Positions 28,924-39,294 of a stretch of 64,000 bases of DNA are shown here, piece after piece; the first letter of the stretch is position 1, and each line of letters opens with the position of its first letter. The stretch is from contig CAXXLL010000003.1 in NCBI GenBank assembly GCA_963662545.2, forward strand, positions 1,376,001 through 1,440,000. The letters run 5' to 3'. Under the pieces are notes generated by a model, which was given only the letters and a program-made list of their open reading frames with translations, searched no databases and was not told the origin of the DNA. The position numbers were made by a program, and so were the translations under genes. This DNA comes from Gammaproteobacteria bacterium. GTDB lineage: Bacteria; Pseudomonadota; Gammaproteobacteria; Ga0077536.

Positions 28924-29229
28924 TTACAGCGCGTTGCCCGTGTGCCGCTGCCAGCGGAGCTTGAAGATCTCCCACTCGCCGTCTTTGCGGTTTTTGACGC
29001 GGATGTTCAAAAGCTTGGGCGGCAGTCCCCGACCCTGCATCTCGGCGACCACCCACTGCTCGTGCGGCTTGTCGATGATGAGGCAGTATTTACCGTCAAT
29101 CGGCTCGCCGCGCATGCGGTTCAGGAGTCGAATCAGTTCGGGCGGGTGGATGCCGACGGGCTTTTCCTTGAACGTTTCTATCCACTTTCGATCGTCGTCG
29201 GTAATCTGGTATCGCGTCATCGTCGTCAT
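28924..29229 (-). CDS. N,N-dimethylformamidase small subunit-like protein
   Basis: FKEKPVGIHPPELIRLLNRMR and EWEIFKLRW; directly upstream of the large subunit on the same strand. Confidence 0.7.
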   Translation of the reverse strand: MTTMTRYQITDDDRKWIETFKEKPVGIHPPELIRLLNRMRGEPIDGKYCLIIDKPHEQWVVAEMQGRGLPPKLLNIRVKNRKDGEWEIFKLRWQRHTGNAL

Positions 29230-29428
29230 GACGGAGTTCCTCTTGTCCGCTCTGTGGATCCGTTCATGCTACATGGCCCCCTGCGTGGAGGTAAACTTCC
29301 AGATATGCGATGGTTCGATCCTCGAATCGAGATGTGCCGATAATAGCGATTCGCGGCTTGGGTGGGACGAATCACCGTCTACAGGCGGCCACCCGGCCAC
29401 CGCTTCAACCAGCCTGAAGGAACCCGCC

Positions 29429-30886
29429 ATGCTGAAATCGGGACAGGAGCATCTGGAAAAGCTTCGCGACGGCCGCGTCGTCTATATCGGCCGCGAGAAG
29501 GTCGACGATGTCACGACCCACCCCGTGTTCGCCAACGCCGCGCGCACCATCGCCGCCGTCTACGATTTCAAGGCCGATCCCTCGAACCGTGACCTCATGA
29601 GCTTCGAGGAGGCCGGCGAGCCTTATTCAAAGTACTTCCTGCAGGCGCGCACCCGCGACGACCTGCGCCAGCGCTACCGTGCGCACGCGGCCATCGCCGA
29701 CCTGACATACGGGCTGCTAGGGCGCAGCCAGGATCACGTCGCCTCGTTCGTCACGGGCATGGCGATCATGCCTGCGGAGTTCGACGTCGGCGAGCGAAAG
29801 TTCGGCGCGAATATTTCGAGCTACTACCGTTATATGCGGGAGAACGACATCTACGCTGCCTACGCGGTGCTGCCACCACAGGCTGCGCGCAATCCCGAGT
29901 TCTACGTCAAGAACAACCTGCCGATCCCGAGTTTGCAGGTGGTCGAGGAAAACGACGACGGCATCGTCATCGACGGCATGAAAATGCTCGCCACCGGCGG
30001 CATCTTCGCCGATGAAATCTGGATCGGAAATCTCCTGCCGCTGGCGCCCGACCAGGTTAAACAAGCAGTCACCTGCGCGATCCCCGTCAACGCCCCCGGG
30101 GTCACCCTGTGGTCACGCCAATCGCTGTCGACCCATACGAGTAACGAGTTCGATGGGCCGCTCGCCTGGCGATACGACGAAACCGATGCCATGGTGATGT
30201 GTCGTCGCGTCAAGGTGCCGTGGGAACGGGTATTCGTACTCGACGACGCGATCAAGGCGCGCGGCATCTATATCGAGACGCCCGGCCATTGTTACGGCAA
30301 TCATCAGGCCAACGTCCGCTTTCTGTCGAAGCTGCGCCTGATCGTCGGCGTCGCGAGCAAAGTCGCCGCCTCGACCGGCGCGGACCAGATACCCGCTGTG
30401 CGCGAAACCCTGGGCAATCTCGCCGCGCTTTATTCGACGCTCGACGGCATGATCCAGGGTCAGATCGAGGCCGCGGAACGATGGCCCGATGGCTACCTGA
30501 GCTTCAATCGACCGATGATGTATGCCGCGCTCAACTGGTGCACGCAGAATCATTCGGCCATCATCGATTGCCTGCGGGAACTCTGCGGCGGCGGCGTATT
30601 CCAGATGCCGGCGTCGGTGGACGTGATGCACGACGAGGAACTGGCCGAGCAGTTCGAGACCTATTGGCAGACGCCGCAGATGAGCGCGCTGGATCGCATC
30701 AAATTATTCAAACTCGCCTGGGATCTCTTCGGCAGCGAGTTCGCGGGCCGACACCAGAGTTACGAAAAATTCTATGCCGGTGCGTCGTTTATCATCCGCA
30801 ACCACAGCTATCGCGAAGCGGACTGGGACCGCTTCCATGCATACGCCGACCGGCTGCTCGGCAGCTACGGCGTACCTGAACGATGA
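29429..30886 (+). CDS. 4-hydroxyphenylacetate 3-hydroxylase (HpaB) family flavin monooxygenase, oxygenase component
   Basis: LRDGRVVYIG, GRSQDH, GMKMLAT, DETDA, VPWERVF, AWDLFGSEFAGRHQSYEKFY; AAGGA RBS before MLKSG. Confidence 0.88.
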   Translation: MLKSGQEHLEKLRDGRVVYIGREKVDDVTTHPVFANAARTIAAVYDFKADPSNRDLMSFEEAGEPYSKYFLQARTRDDLRQRYRAHAAIADLTYGLLGRSQDHVASFVTGMAIMPAEFDVGERKFGANISSYYRYMRENDIYAAYAVLPPQAARNPEFYVKNNLPIPSLQVVEENDDGIVIDGMKMLATGGIFADEIWIGNLLPLAPDQVKQAVTCAIPVNAPGVTLWSRQSLSTHTSNEFDGPLAWRYDETDAMVMCRRVKVPWERVFVLDDAIKARGIYIETPGHCYGNHQANVRFLSKLRLIVGVASKVAASTGADQIPAVRETLGNLAALYSTLDGMIQGQIEAAERWPDGYLSFNRPMMYAALNWCTQNHSAIIDCLRELCGGGVFQMPASVDVMHDEELAEQFETYWQTPQMSALDRIKLFKLAWDLFGSEFAGRHQSYEKFYAGASFIIRNHSYREADWDRFHAYADRLLGSYGVPER

Positions 30887-30953
30887 AGCACCAGTCCTCG
30901 CTCCGCGATTCGGGCATAATCACAAAAGTATAGCGAGGGGGGGGGCTTACCCA

Positions 30954-31286
30954 ATGGCGGACGATAACAGCGGTCAAGCGAAGATCATCTATATCCTTTA
31001 CCTTGCCGGATTCATCGTCGGCATCACACCGCTGATCGGCATCGTGATGGCCTACATGAACCGCGGCGAAGGCCCGGATTGGGTTCAAAGTCATTACCAG
31101 TGGCAGATCAGAACGTTTTGGATCGGGCTGTTATACGGGTTTGCCGGTATTTTGAGCATTTTCATTCTGATCGGGTTTCTCTTACTGTTACTGATGTCCG
31201 TGTGGTACATCGTCCGTTGTGTGAAGGGCTTGATGGCCCTCGACAAGCAAAAGCCTATCGACAACGTAGAAACATGGCTCTGGTAA
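30954..31286 (+). CDS. DUF4870-like small membrane protein
   Basis: IYILYL...SHYQWQIRTFWIG...RCVKG. Confidence 0.75.
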   Translation: MADDNSGQAKIIYILYLAGFIVGITPLIGIVMAYMNRGEGPDWVQSHYQWQIRTFWIGLLYGFAGILSIFILIGFLLLLLMSVWYIVRCVKGLMALDKQKPIDNVETWLW

Positions 31287-31326
31287 AGATAGCGGCTAGG
31301 AATGCCGTTTGATAATAAGTTGGAAT

Positions 31327-31974
31327 ATGGACGATATCGAAATCTACGCCAAGCAGGGTTTTGGCAACAGCTCGGGGTTCGGCAACAAGCTGGCGCTGTT
31401 GATCGTCGACTTCGTCAACGGGTTCAATGATCCGGATCTATTCGGGGGCGGCAATATCGCGCCCGCCATCGCGAAGACGCAGACCCTGCTCAAAGTGGCG
31501 CGCGAAAAGAAGCTCCCCGTCGCTTTCACGCGCGTGGTCTATGCCGATGATGGCTCGGACTTGGGCGTTTTCGGCATGAAGGCGAACGGCCTGGTAAAGC
31601 TGACGGAGGACTCGCCCGTCAGCCAGATCGTGCCCGAGCTGACGCCGGAGAGCGGCGAATACATCGTACGCAAGACGCAGCCCTCGGCCTTTTTCGGCAC
31701 CGGCCTCGCTGGCTGGTTCGTGAGCAAGGGGATAGACACGGTCATCGTAACGGGCTGCACGACATCGGGATGCGTGCGGGCGTCGGTGGTCGATTCCATG
31801 AGTTACAACTTCCGCACGATCGTTGCCAGTGACGGCGTCGGCGACCGCGCGATAGGCCCGCACGAAGCGAACCTGTTCGATATGGGCCAGAAGTACGCCG
31901 ATCTCATGACCTGCGGTGAAATCCTCGCGCACCTGGAAAAAGAGCGCGCGGGCGGCGCGAAAAAGGTCGCTTAG
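31327..31974 (+). CDS. Isochorismatase-family cysteine amidohydrolase (maleamate amidase/N-carbamoylsarcosine amidase-like)
   Basis: ALLIVDF, KTQPSAFFGT, GCTTSGCVRASVVD, HEANLFD. Confidence 0.88.
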   Translation: MDDIEIYAKQGFGNSSGFGNKLALLIVDFVNGFNDPDLFGGGNIAPAIAKTQTLLKVAREKKLPVAFTRVVYADDGSDLGVFGMKANGLVKLTEDSPVSQIVPELTPESGEYIVRKTQPSAFFGTGLAGWFVSKGIDTVIVTGCTTSGCVRASVVDSMSYNFRTIVASDGVGDRAIGPHEANLFDMGQKYADLMTCGEILAHLEKERAGGAKKVA

Positions 31975-32093
31975 TTCGCTAAGTAAAGCGGCGTTCCGAG
32001 CGCAAGCCGGCTCCTAACAGGATATTGAGAAACGATTTCCTCTCGTTTGCCAAAGCCGTTCCATCCACCCTAATCCCATCGATATTCGACCAT

Positions 32094-33187
32094 TCATGCT
32101 GAAACAACGAGGTTCGAGAACTTTGGCATGATTTCATGGGCGAGCGCGAGCTTCGATTCGCGCCATCCGGTCATGTCATCCAGGTGATCATAAGAGATCG
32201 CCAGGAGGCATCCGAAACCGCCGGATGAGTTGATCATCTCCTCGATCTTTTGCTCAACCGTTTGCGGGCTGCCGATGATCCAGCAATGCTCGGCCAGATA
32301 TTCGACGGTGACGTCGGAGTCCGCAACGTCCGGATGTGGTGCTTGCACGCATCGAGCATGCCAAACTCCTTGAACATCGGTAGGAAATACTCCCGGTAAT
32401 GATCACCGATCATACCGTCGACAGTACGTTTCCAGGCTTCGCGATCGGTATCCGCGACGTAAATGTCACGCGCCACCCGCCAGCGATTGCGATCGGCCTC
32501 AAGTCCACTCTCCGTCGCACCCGCTTCGACCGACGCCCAATGTCCCGCCAGGTAGTCATTACCGAGGCACACGCTGAGCGGAATGAAACCGTTCTTGCCG
32601 GCAATGCGTAGCGTCGGCGAATTGGGACTCAAGCCGGTGACGCCGATCTGCGGATAGGGCTTCGTGTACGGTTTGATGTGGTAGGTAAAATTGCCCTGGA
32701 TCGCATCCTCTGGACGCCTGACGTCCCAGAATTTTCCGTGGTATTCGAATGGCTCTTCGCTCTCCCAAAAGAGCCGCATGATCTCGAGCGACTCCTCGGT
32801 CATCTCGCGGTTCTCCCCCGCCATGCCGTCGATGCCAAACATCGCCCAGTCGGTCGGCACGCCGCTGGCCCCGATGCCAATGTAGCAGCGCCCCTGCGCG
32901 ATATGGTCCAGCCAGGCGATGCGGTGGGCCAGTTCGGCCGGGTGATGAAAGGGGAGCATGTAGGCGCCCGGACACAGGCGAATGTTCTCCGTTCGAAGCA
33001 GCGCCTGCGCAATCATGAGATCGGGCGCCGGACATGGTTCGCGCGGAACGGTGTAGTGGGCGCCGATCCACGCTTCGTGAAATCCCGCCTTATCGAGAAA
33101 CTCGAGGTAATCGAGATCGTGGTAGTGGCCCTCGGCAAAGTCCCGATGGGGCGGATGATTGGGCATCATGAATACACCGAACTCCAT
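32094..33187 (-). pseudogene. Luciferase-like (LLM) flavin monooxygenase, frameshifted near 32335-32341
   Basis: MEFGVFMMP, EAWIGAH, LPFHHPAELA; the C-terminus (HPDVADSDVTVEYL...GGFG) continues in another frame. Confidence 0.8.
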
Positions 33188-33346
33188 GCGAACCTCCCGT
33201 CATTTGAGTCCTCGAATATTCGAGGCGAACCGTGTCACATGCGCTCGATGATATGAGTAGATAGTCCACTTCGCACGCTAAATCGTTCGCATCGATTTGA
33301 TATTGAACCATCTGTTGAGGAAACGACACCTGCTTTCGCAGGGTAT

Positions 33347-34003
33347 TTACTCGCGGCGTTCAAAATACCGCACGAATTCGAGCCAGGGTCCCCGGGCTCT
33401 CTGCTGCAGCCTGACCGTGACCATCAAACGATCCGTCTCTTCCTCGAGCTCGAACCGCTCGATTACTTTGCCGCCCGCGGTCATGTCGCTCTCGATCGTG
33501 ACCGCTTCATCATCCAGATAGGCGAGTGAGCGGCCGATACTATCGGCGGTTAATTCCTTGCCGGACATGGTGTGAGACTTGCCGTCCTTGTTCATGCGTA
33601 GAAGACGCTTGACTTCAGTGCCGTAAAGAACGGCGAGCTTGCGCGCACTGTAGAGCTTGATCGATTTCGCCTCGAGCATGATACGGACCAGGTCAGGCGG
33701 GTCCCAGACCTCGGATCGTGTGTCGTCGCGAATCATTTTTTCAGTGGACCGGGCCTGTGCGTCGAAGCGGCCACCGTGCCGCTTCGGCTCTTCGTCACGC
33801 GCAAATTTCTGGATCTTTTTCTCGCGGCGGGTAATAGCGATCTGCTTGTTCGTTTTCTTACCCGCATCCGCGAGATTTTCTGAGCTTGCCGCGTCGAGCA
33901 TCCAGTTTCCGTTTATCTGCCCGCTCTCCGCCACCGCGCTCGGGATACTGCAGAGCACAACTGCAAAGACAACAAGAACCGGAATGAGTCTTTGGTGATT
34001 CAT
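33347..34003 (-). CDS. Hypothetical exported protein
   Basis: Signal peptide; GNWMLD near the start and FVRYF near the end. Confidence 0.6.
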   Translation of the reverse strand: MNHQRLIPVLVVFAVVLCSIPSAVAESGQINGNWMLDAASSENLADAGKKTNKQIAITRREKKIQKFARDEEPKRHGGRFDAQARSTEKMIRDDTRSEVWDPPDLVRIMLEAKSIKLYSARKLAVLYGTEVKRLLRMNKDGKSHTMSGKELTADSIGRSLAYLDDEAVTIESDMTAGGKVIERFELEEETDRLMVTVRLQQRARGPWLEFVRYFERRE

Positions 34004-34154
34004 GCAATAGATCGGTAAGGTCGATGGGGAGCCGTCCGGGTATTCAATGCGACGAGTCCTATCGGTGATTATATGGGGTCAAGCCAAATTTCGCGGTTTC
34101 TGTCCACCTTCATCCCCACCTCGCAACAAACGCTGGTGGGGATTGCGAGCTCGG

Positions 34155-35489
34155 TTATAACAGCGGTCCGAGTTTGATCGGGCTGCCGTCAGAGAACCGG
34201 GACAGGCGAAACCGCTCCAGATCGTGCGTCGGTTTGCGCCCCAGCACCTTATCGGCCATGACGCGTCCGGCACCGGGGCCGATGCCGAATCCGTGACCAC
34301 TGAATCCGGTGGCGATGAAAAATCCACGCGTGCCCGGCGCTTCGTCCATGTAGGGAACTATGTCAGGCGTCGCGTCGATCATGCCGGCCCAGGTTTCATC
34401 GAAGGGAACATTCGCCAAGGATGGTAAGCGTATCGAAAGCCGGGTGCGCAAGCGTTCGATGGATCGGGGGCACGGATCCGGATTGAGCACGCGCGTTCGC
34501 TCGAACGCGGTGACGGTATCGCCATCCCAGGCGACGGGCCGCGTAAAGCGGCTCACCAGTCCGTCGCCGAATCGCAGCGCCGTTGATCGCCACGAAGCGC
34601 GGAGGCTTGGGAGAAACTTTAAGAAATGGCGAAAACTGTCGGCGCCGACGAAGTGTTGGGAGTAGTCGCCCAAGGCGATCGTATAACCGCCGTCGGCGCG
34701 CCGGCGAAACGCGAAATCGTGTGAAACGGCGTTGCCAGCAAATACGTCCGGCGCCGCCGCCGTGCGGGCCACCGTGGCTTTCACGGCGAGCTGCGGCAGA
34801 TCGATGCCCAGGTTCCGAACGAACATCGACGACCACGCTCCGGCGGCGCAGACGACTGCCTGGGCTTTGACGCGGCCGTGCTCGGTAACGACGCCGCAAA
34901 CGGCGCCCGCCTGACTATCCAGCACCCGAACCGCGCAGTTCTCGCGAATCCTGCAGCCGAGTTTTTGCAGGCCGCGGGCGAGCGCCGGTACCGCCTTGAA
35001 CGGTTCGGCCCGAGCATCGCTTGCCGTGTACAAGGCACCGCGCCACTGGCCCGGCTTATCAGTGATCAATTGGTCGACCTCGGCACCGGTCAACAGCCGT
35101 GTATCGAGTTCGTGCTGTTTCGCGATCTCCAGCCATTGTTCGAACTTGGCGATCTCCGTTTCGGTTTCGCCAAGGTAGATGACGCCCTTGCGGGTAAATC
35201 CAATGTCTTCATCGATTTCCCGCGACAAGGACTCCCAGATAGCAATGCTGTCCATGACGATGGGAAGTTCCGCATGATCACGGCCTTGCTGCCGGATCCA
35301 GCCCCAGTTGCGACTCGATTGTTCTCCCGCGACCCTGCCTTTTTCACACACCAGGACTGATTGGCCGCTTTTCGTCAGAAACCACGCCGTCGCGATCCCG
35401 ATGACGCCCCCTCCGATTATGACGACGTCGACGGCTTCAGGCAGCGCATCCTGAAATGTCACCGGTGAATGTTCATTGAATATCGTCAC
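34155..35489 (-). CDS. FAD-dependent oxidoreductase (DAO/DadA-like family)
   Basis: IIGGGVIG, EQSSRNWGWIRQQGR, WAGMIDATPD, GFSGHGFGIGP. Confidence 0.9.
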   Translation of the reverse strand: MTIFNEHSPVTFQDALPEAVDVVIIGGGVIGIATAWFLTKSGQSVLVCEKGRVAGEQSSRNWGWIRQQGRDHAELPIVMDSIAIWESLSREIDEDIGFTRKGVIYLGETETEIAKFEQWLEIAKQHELDTRLLTGAEVDQLITDKPGQWRGALYTASDARAEPFKAVPALARGLQKLGCRIRENCAVRVLDSQAGAVCGVVTEHGRVKAQAVVCAAGAWSSMFVRNLGIDLPQLAVKATVARTAAAPDVFAGNAVSHDFAFRRRADGGYTIALGDYSQHFVGADSFRHFLKFLPSLRASWRSTALRFGDGLVSRFTRPVAWDGDTVTAFERTRVLNPDPCPRSIERLRTRLSIRLPSLANVPFDETWAGMIDATPDIVPYMDEAPGTRGFFIATGFSGHGFGIGPGAGRVMADKVLGRKPTHDLERFRLSRFSDGSPIKLGPLL

Positions 35490-35749
35490 TGGCTTACCCG
35501 TGGTGCTCTGTAATCGAAACTAAGCTCATCATCGCCTCGCCCTCAATTTCGCTTTACCCGAAAGGATCGCGGGCCGCGACTTCCAATGTTGAACACCGTC
35601 TATTTTATTCGCATGAGACTTTGTAGAGTAGTGCGGTCGAATTTTCTCCAGACAATCCCGTCAACAGCCAGGAGACAAGCACCGGAAAACGGCAGCACGG
35701 GGATCGCGGTCCAGCGGCCGGCTGGCTTCAATGATGATTTACACGGCGA

Positions 35750-37150
35750 ATGAGAGCGCGTCGACTGCGCGCGCTACACATGGATAATCCCGCGTCCGGT
35801 CATCACTGGCGCCTGCGTTGGCCCGGGTTTCTCGAAACCGCAGAAACGCCGCTTCGCAAGCTCCTCGAAGGTCTCGACGATTCGCAATATTGGACGGCGG
35901 ATGCGTTGTTGCTGGGCCAACAACTGCAAGTGACCGAGACCGTATGCTGGGCCGTCGAAAATTCACCCTACTATGCAACACTCCGCGCACCGGCGCACGA
36001 GCTGGCCAAGCTCGCCGGGGATCCGGATGCATTCTGGTGCGCCTGGCGCCGGCTGCCGATTCTTACCAAGCAGGCTCTGCGGGCACACGGAAACGAAATT
36101 AACGCCCGTACCCATGCGCCGGGCCACCGACCGGCAGGAAAGAACGTGACCTCGGGTTCGACCGGGACACCGGTCGAGGTCCACACGACCCGCTTGACTC
36201 AATTGATCTGGAATTCACTCACGGTCCGCGAACACCTGTGGCAGCACCGGAATTTCTCGAAGCGTCTCGGCGCCATCCGTTTTCTCCCGGAAACGGGGCG
36301 TGATCCACGCGGCTACAAAGCACAATCCTGGGGATCGCCCGTCGCCAAACTGTATCCGTCGGGGCCCGCCTCGGCCATTCACATCGGTCTCCCGACCGAC
36401 GCGCTGGCAGATTGGCTGATCGAATTCGATCCGCACTACCTGCTGACCAGCCCGAGTATCGCCGCTGCGCTGATGGATATTCTCGACACCAGACCGCCTT
36501 CGCTCGAGGAGATACGATGCATGTTCGAGCCGGTCGATCCGGATCTCGAACGACGCCTTGCCGATGAATGGCAAGTCCGCTGTGCGGACACCTATTCGGC
36601 GAACGAGGTCGGCTACATCGCTTTTCGCTGCCCCGAAGCCCGTAATTTACACCTGCAAGCCGAGGGGGTCGTCGTCGAGATCCTGGATGAATCCGGCGCG
36701 CCGTGCGCTGTCGGTGAAAGCGGACGGGTGGTCGTCTCATCGTTGCACAACCTGGCTACGCCCCTGCTGCGCTACGACCTTGGCGACTACGCGACCGTGG
36801 GTGCCAAATGTTCGTGCGGCCGTGAATCGTCGGTGATCGAACGGGTACTCGGCCGTGTGCGTAATCTCGCACGCTCGCCGGAGGGCAAGCGATTTTGGCC
36901 GGTGTCTCTGAGCCGGATCCGCCACGTCAAATCGATCCGGCAGGCGCAGTACGTGCAAACCGCCCTCGATGCGATCGAATTGCGCATCGTGTTGAACCGA
37001 CCGCTCCGAAGCGACGAGCATGACGAGGTCGTGAAAAGCGTACAAAGCGCACTCGGATACCCATACCTTGTGACTGTCGTGCCGGTCGCCGCGCTCGATC
37101 GCGGGCCGACCGGAAAGTTCGAAGAATTTCTGTCGCTCATCGACCCTTGA
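35750..37150 (+). CDS. Phenylacetate-CoA ligase-like (PaaK/CapK family) adenylating protein
   Basis: LPILTK, TSGSTG, YSANEVG, PLLRYDLGD, GPTGKF. Confidence 0.8.
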   Translation: MRARRLRALHMDNPASGHHWRLRWPGFLETAETPLRKLLEGLDDSQYWTADALLLGQQLQVTETVCWAVENSPYYATLRAPAHELAKLAGDPDAFWCAWRRLPILTKQALRAHGNEINARTHAPGHRPAGKNVTSGSTGTPVEVHTTRLTQLIWNSLTVREHLWQHRNFSKRLGAIRFLPETGRDPRGYKAQSWGSPVAKLYPSGPASAIHIGLPTDALADWLIEFDPHYLLTSPSIAAALMDILDTRPPSLEEIRCMFEPVDPDLERRLADEWQVRCADTYSANEVGYIAFRCPEARNLHLQAEGVVVEILDESGAPCAVGESGRVVVSSLHNLATPLLRYDLGDYATVGAKCSCGRESSVIERVLGRVRNLARSPEGKRFWPVSLSRIRHVKSIRQAQYVQTALDAIELRIVLNRPLRSDEHDEVVKSVQSALGYPYLVTVVPVAALDRGPTGKFEEFLSLIDP

Positions 37151-37187
37151 CGCGAAACAGGATCTGCCAGGATCCCAAAACGGTCGT

Positions 37188-38078
37188 TCAAGTACCGTCC
37201 TCGCGCCGAGCGGCGAAATAATCGCGGACCTTTTCGTGCAGTAAGGGTTTATCGGAACCCCACTCCCACGCACCCTCCGGATTGAGCTCGAGGTCCAGCC
37301 CTGGGTCAAAGTCGTGCTGCGACAAAATGAGATGCCGATCACGGGGTCGCCGATCTTCGATGCTGCCATGCCACAGATGCGCGAGCGCACCGTCTACATT
37401 CCCGACCCGGCCTTGCACGGCATCATGGAACGATCGCGCCCAATCGCGATAGCGGGCTTCCTGGCCCACCGTCATGCGATGTAATGCGACGGCCGTGTCC
37501 TCTACACCCCAGGCGGCGCAGGCAATCGCCGTATCGCCGCCGCCGACGATACAGGAGTCGAATAGCCCCCTCTTACAAAGGATTTCCCGACGATAAAGCC
37601 ACGCATGACCCGGTGCTATCGAACCTGCACTGCGGCGCGTCGCTTCGACGAGATGGCTCGCCGGGTCACTGGCCGCCGCGAGCGCCGGCTGTTTGAAGTC
37701 GATGCAATCTTCCGGCGCACTGCCCGGGGACCAGTCACGATCGAGGTGCAGCACGGAGGAATATGGCTGGACGACCGGATAGCGATCGAGCAGGCCGACG
37801 GCATCCGAACACCACTCAGGAAAAAGAAAAAATACATCGCAATCGATGCACAGTACAGCGTCGCAGTTATCCGGTAATCGATCGAGTGCGATGTTCACCA
37901 ATCGCTCTTTCTGCCACAGGACGGCGCCCGCTTCGATCCGGAGCACGAGGTTCGCATCGTCGGTATCGAGTTCGACGGCAATCAAAGGTGCTTCAAGCCG
38001 GGCGCGAAATTCCCTGTAGTTGGCGAGCCGCCGCTGGTAGCGCTCGGGATTGAAATACGTCGTTACCGCCCACAGCAT
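37188..38078 (-). CDS. Putative GT-A fold glycosyltransferase-like protein
   Basis: WQKERLVNIA, DCD (DxD), GGGD, HLWHG. Confidence 0.55.
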   Translation of the reverse strand: MLWAVTTYFNPERYQRRLANYREFRARLEAPLIAVELDTDDANLVLRIEAGAVLWQKERLVNIALDRLPDNCDAVLCIDCDVFFLFPEWCSDAVGLLDRYPVVQPYSSVLHLDRDWSPGSAPEDCIDFKQPALAAASDPASHLVEATRRSAGSIAPGHAWLYRREILCKRGLFDSCIVGGGDTAIACAAWGVEDTAVALHRMTVGQEARYRDWARSFHDAVQGRVGNVDGALAHLWHGSIEDRRPRDRHLILSQHDFDPGLDLELNPEGAWEWGSDKPLLHEKVRDYFAARREDGT

Positions 38079-38376
38079 GGAAGATTCATCCCGAATAGAG
38101 CCCGTCGACGAAACACTTGTTGCCTCGTGATTGCTAATCGCTGGAAGGCGCGGGCGGGGACGCCCAACGATCCGCTAGTTCATAAACGCTTGACCCAAAT
38201 GAATTTGAGGAACTCGAGTTCATGAGTGTCCCGTATTTCAATTTGTCAATCATAGGCAATCTTGGTTGCGGACCCGGTAAGCTAAGCTTACAGCAGAGCG
38301 AAACGAGTCGGATGCAGGTTTTCCCCGAGCATCGCGACGCGGCCCCTTTTCTGCCGCGAACACAGGAGCCACGACC

Positions 38377-39147
38377 ATGCGTACCTCCCTGATCTTTTCC
38401 CTGGTGATGGCCTTACTCACCGCAATGTCGGTCACGGGGGTTGGTGCGGAACCGACCGATATCACCGTTCGGGTTATCGCGCGGGACGCGAAGTTCATCG
38501 GCACCAGCATGGGTGGCGCGCGCGTTACGCTGCGCGACGCACACACTGGCGAGATTCTCGCGACCGGAGTCACGCAGGGCGGCACCGGCAACACCGAGCT
38601 GATCATGCACAAGGATGCGGACCGCCGAGACGTTATCGCCGACGACAGCGCCGCAGCGTTCACTGTTACGCTCGACCTCGACGAACCGCGCATGATCGAA
38701 GTCGAGGCCTATGGACCACAGGCGCAACCGCAAGCGGCTCACCGCGTCGTCTCCAGCCAATGGATCGTGCCGGGGCGCCACCTCTCGGGAGGCAACGGCT
38801 GGATGCTGGAAATGCCGGGATTCGTCGTCGACGTATTGTCGCCGCCAGCCCACGCACGCGTGGATAGCACAGCCCAGACAGAGCTTCGCGCGAACGTGAT
38901 CATGATGTGCGGCTGCCCGATCGAGCCGGACGGCCTGTGGGACGCAAACCGCTACGAGGTCGCGGCCATCGTCCGGGTCAACGGCCAACCCGCCGGGCGC
39001 TTCGATCTCGCCTATGCCGGCGAGACCAGCCAGTTTGCCGGCCTTATCCCGATCTCGACACCCGGAGTCTACGACGTCACCGTGTACGCCTACGATGCCG
39101 CGAACGGCAATACCGGTCTTGACCGGACGACGTTCTTTGTTCGATGA
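38377..39147 (+). CDS. Hypothetical exported protein
   Basis: Signal peptide; DAKFIGTSMGG and MMCGCP motifs. Confidence 0.65.
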   Translation: MRTSLIFSLVMALLTAMSVTGVGAEPTDITVRVIARDAKFIGTSMGGARVTLRDAHTGEILATGVTQGGTGNTELIMHKDADRRDVIADDSAAAFTVTLDLDEPRMIEVEAYGPQAQPQAAHRVVSSQWIVPGRHLSGGNGWMLEMPGFVVDVLSPPAHARVDSTAQTELRANVIMMCGCPIEPDGLWDANRYEVAAIVRVNGQPAGRFDLAYAGETSQFAGLIPISTPGVYDVTVYAYDAANGNTGLDRTTFFVR

Positions 39148-39294
39148 TCCTTGCTGCGCCGCCCTTGTCGCGCAACAACCGCGCTGCCCGCCGACACGGC
39201 GACCTAATCGATTGGGCCAAACAGTCCACGCTCGCCACAGGCACGACTGAAGTAAGCTTGTAGCGGGCGTGAACTGACCGCCAGGAACCGAAAG

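Noticed and set aside
28880-29428. N-terminal extension making the HpaB ORF 668 aa
   Set aside because: It overlaps the DMFase small subunit on the other strand; the family-like sequence and RBS start at 29429
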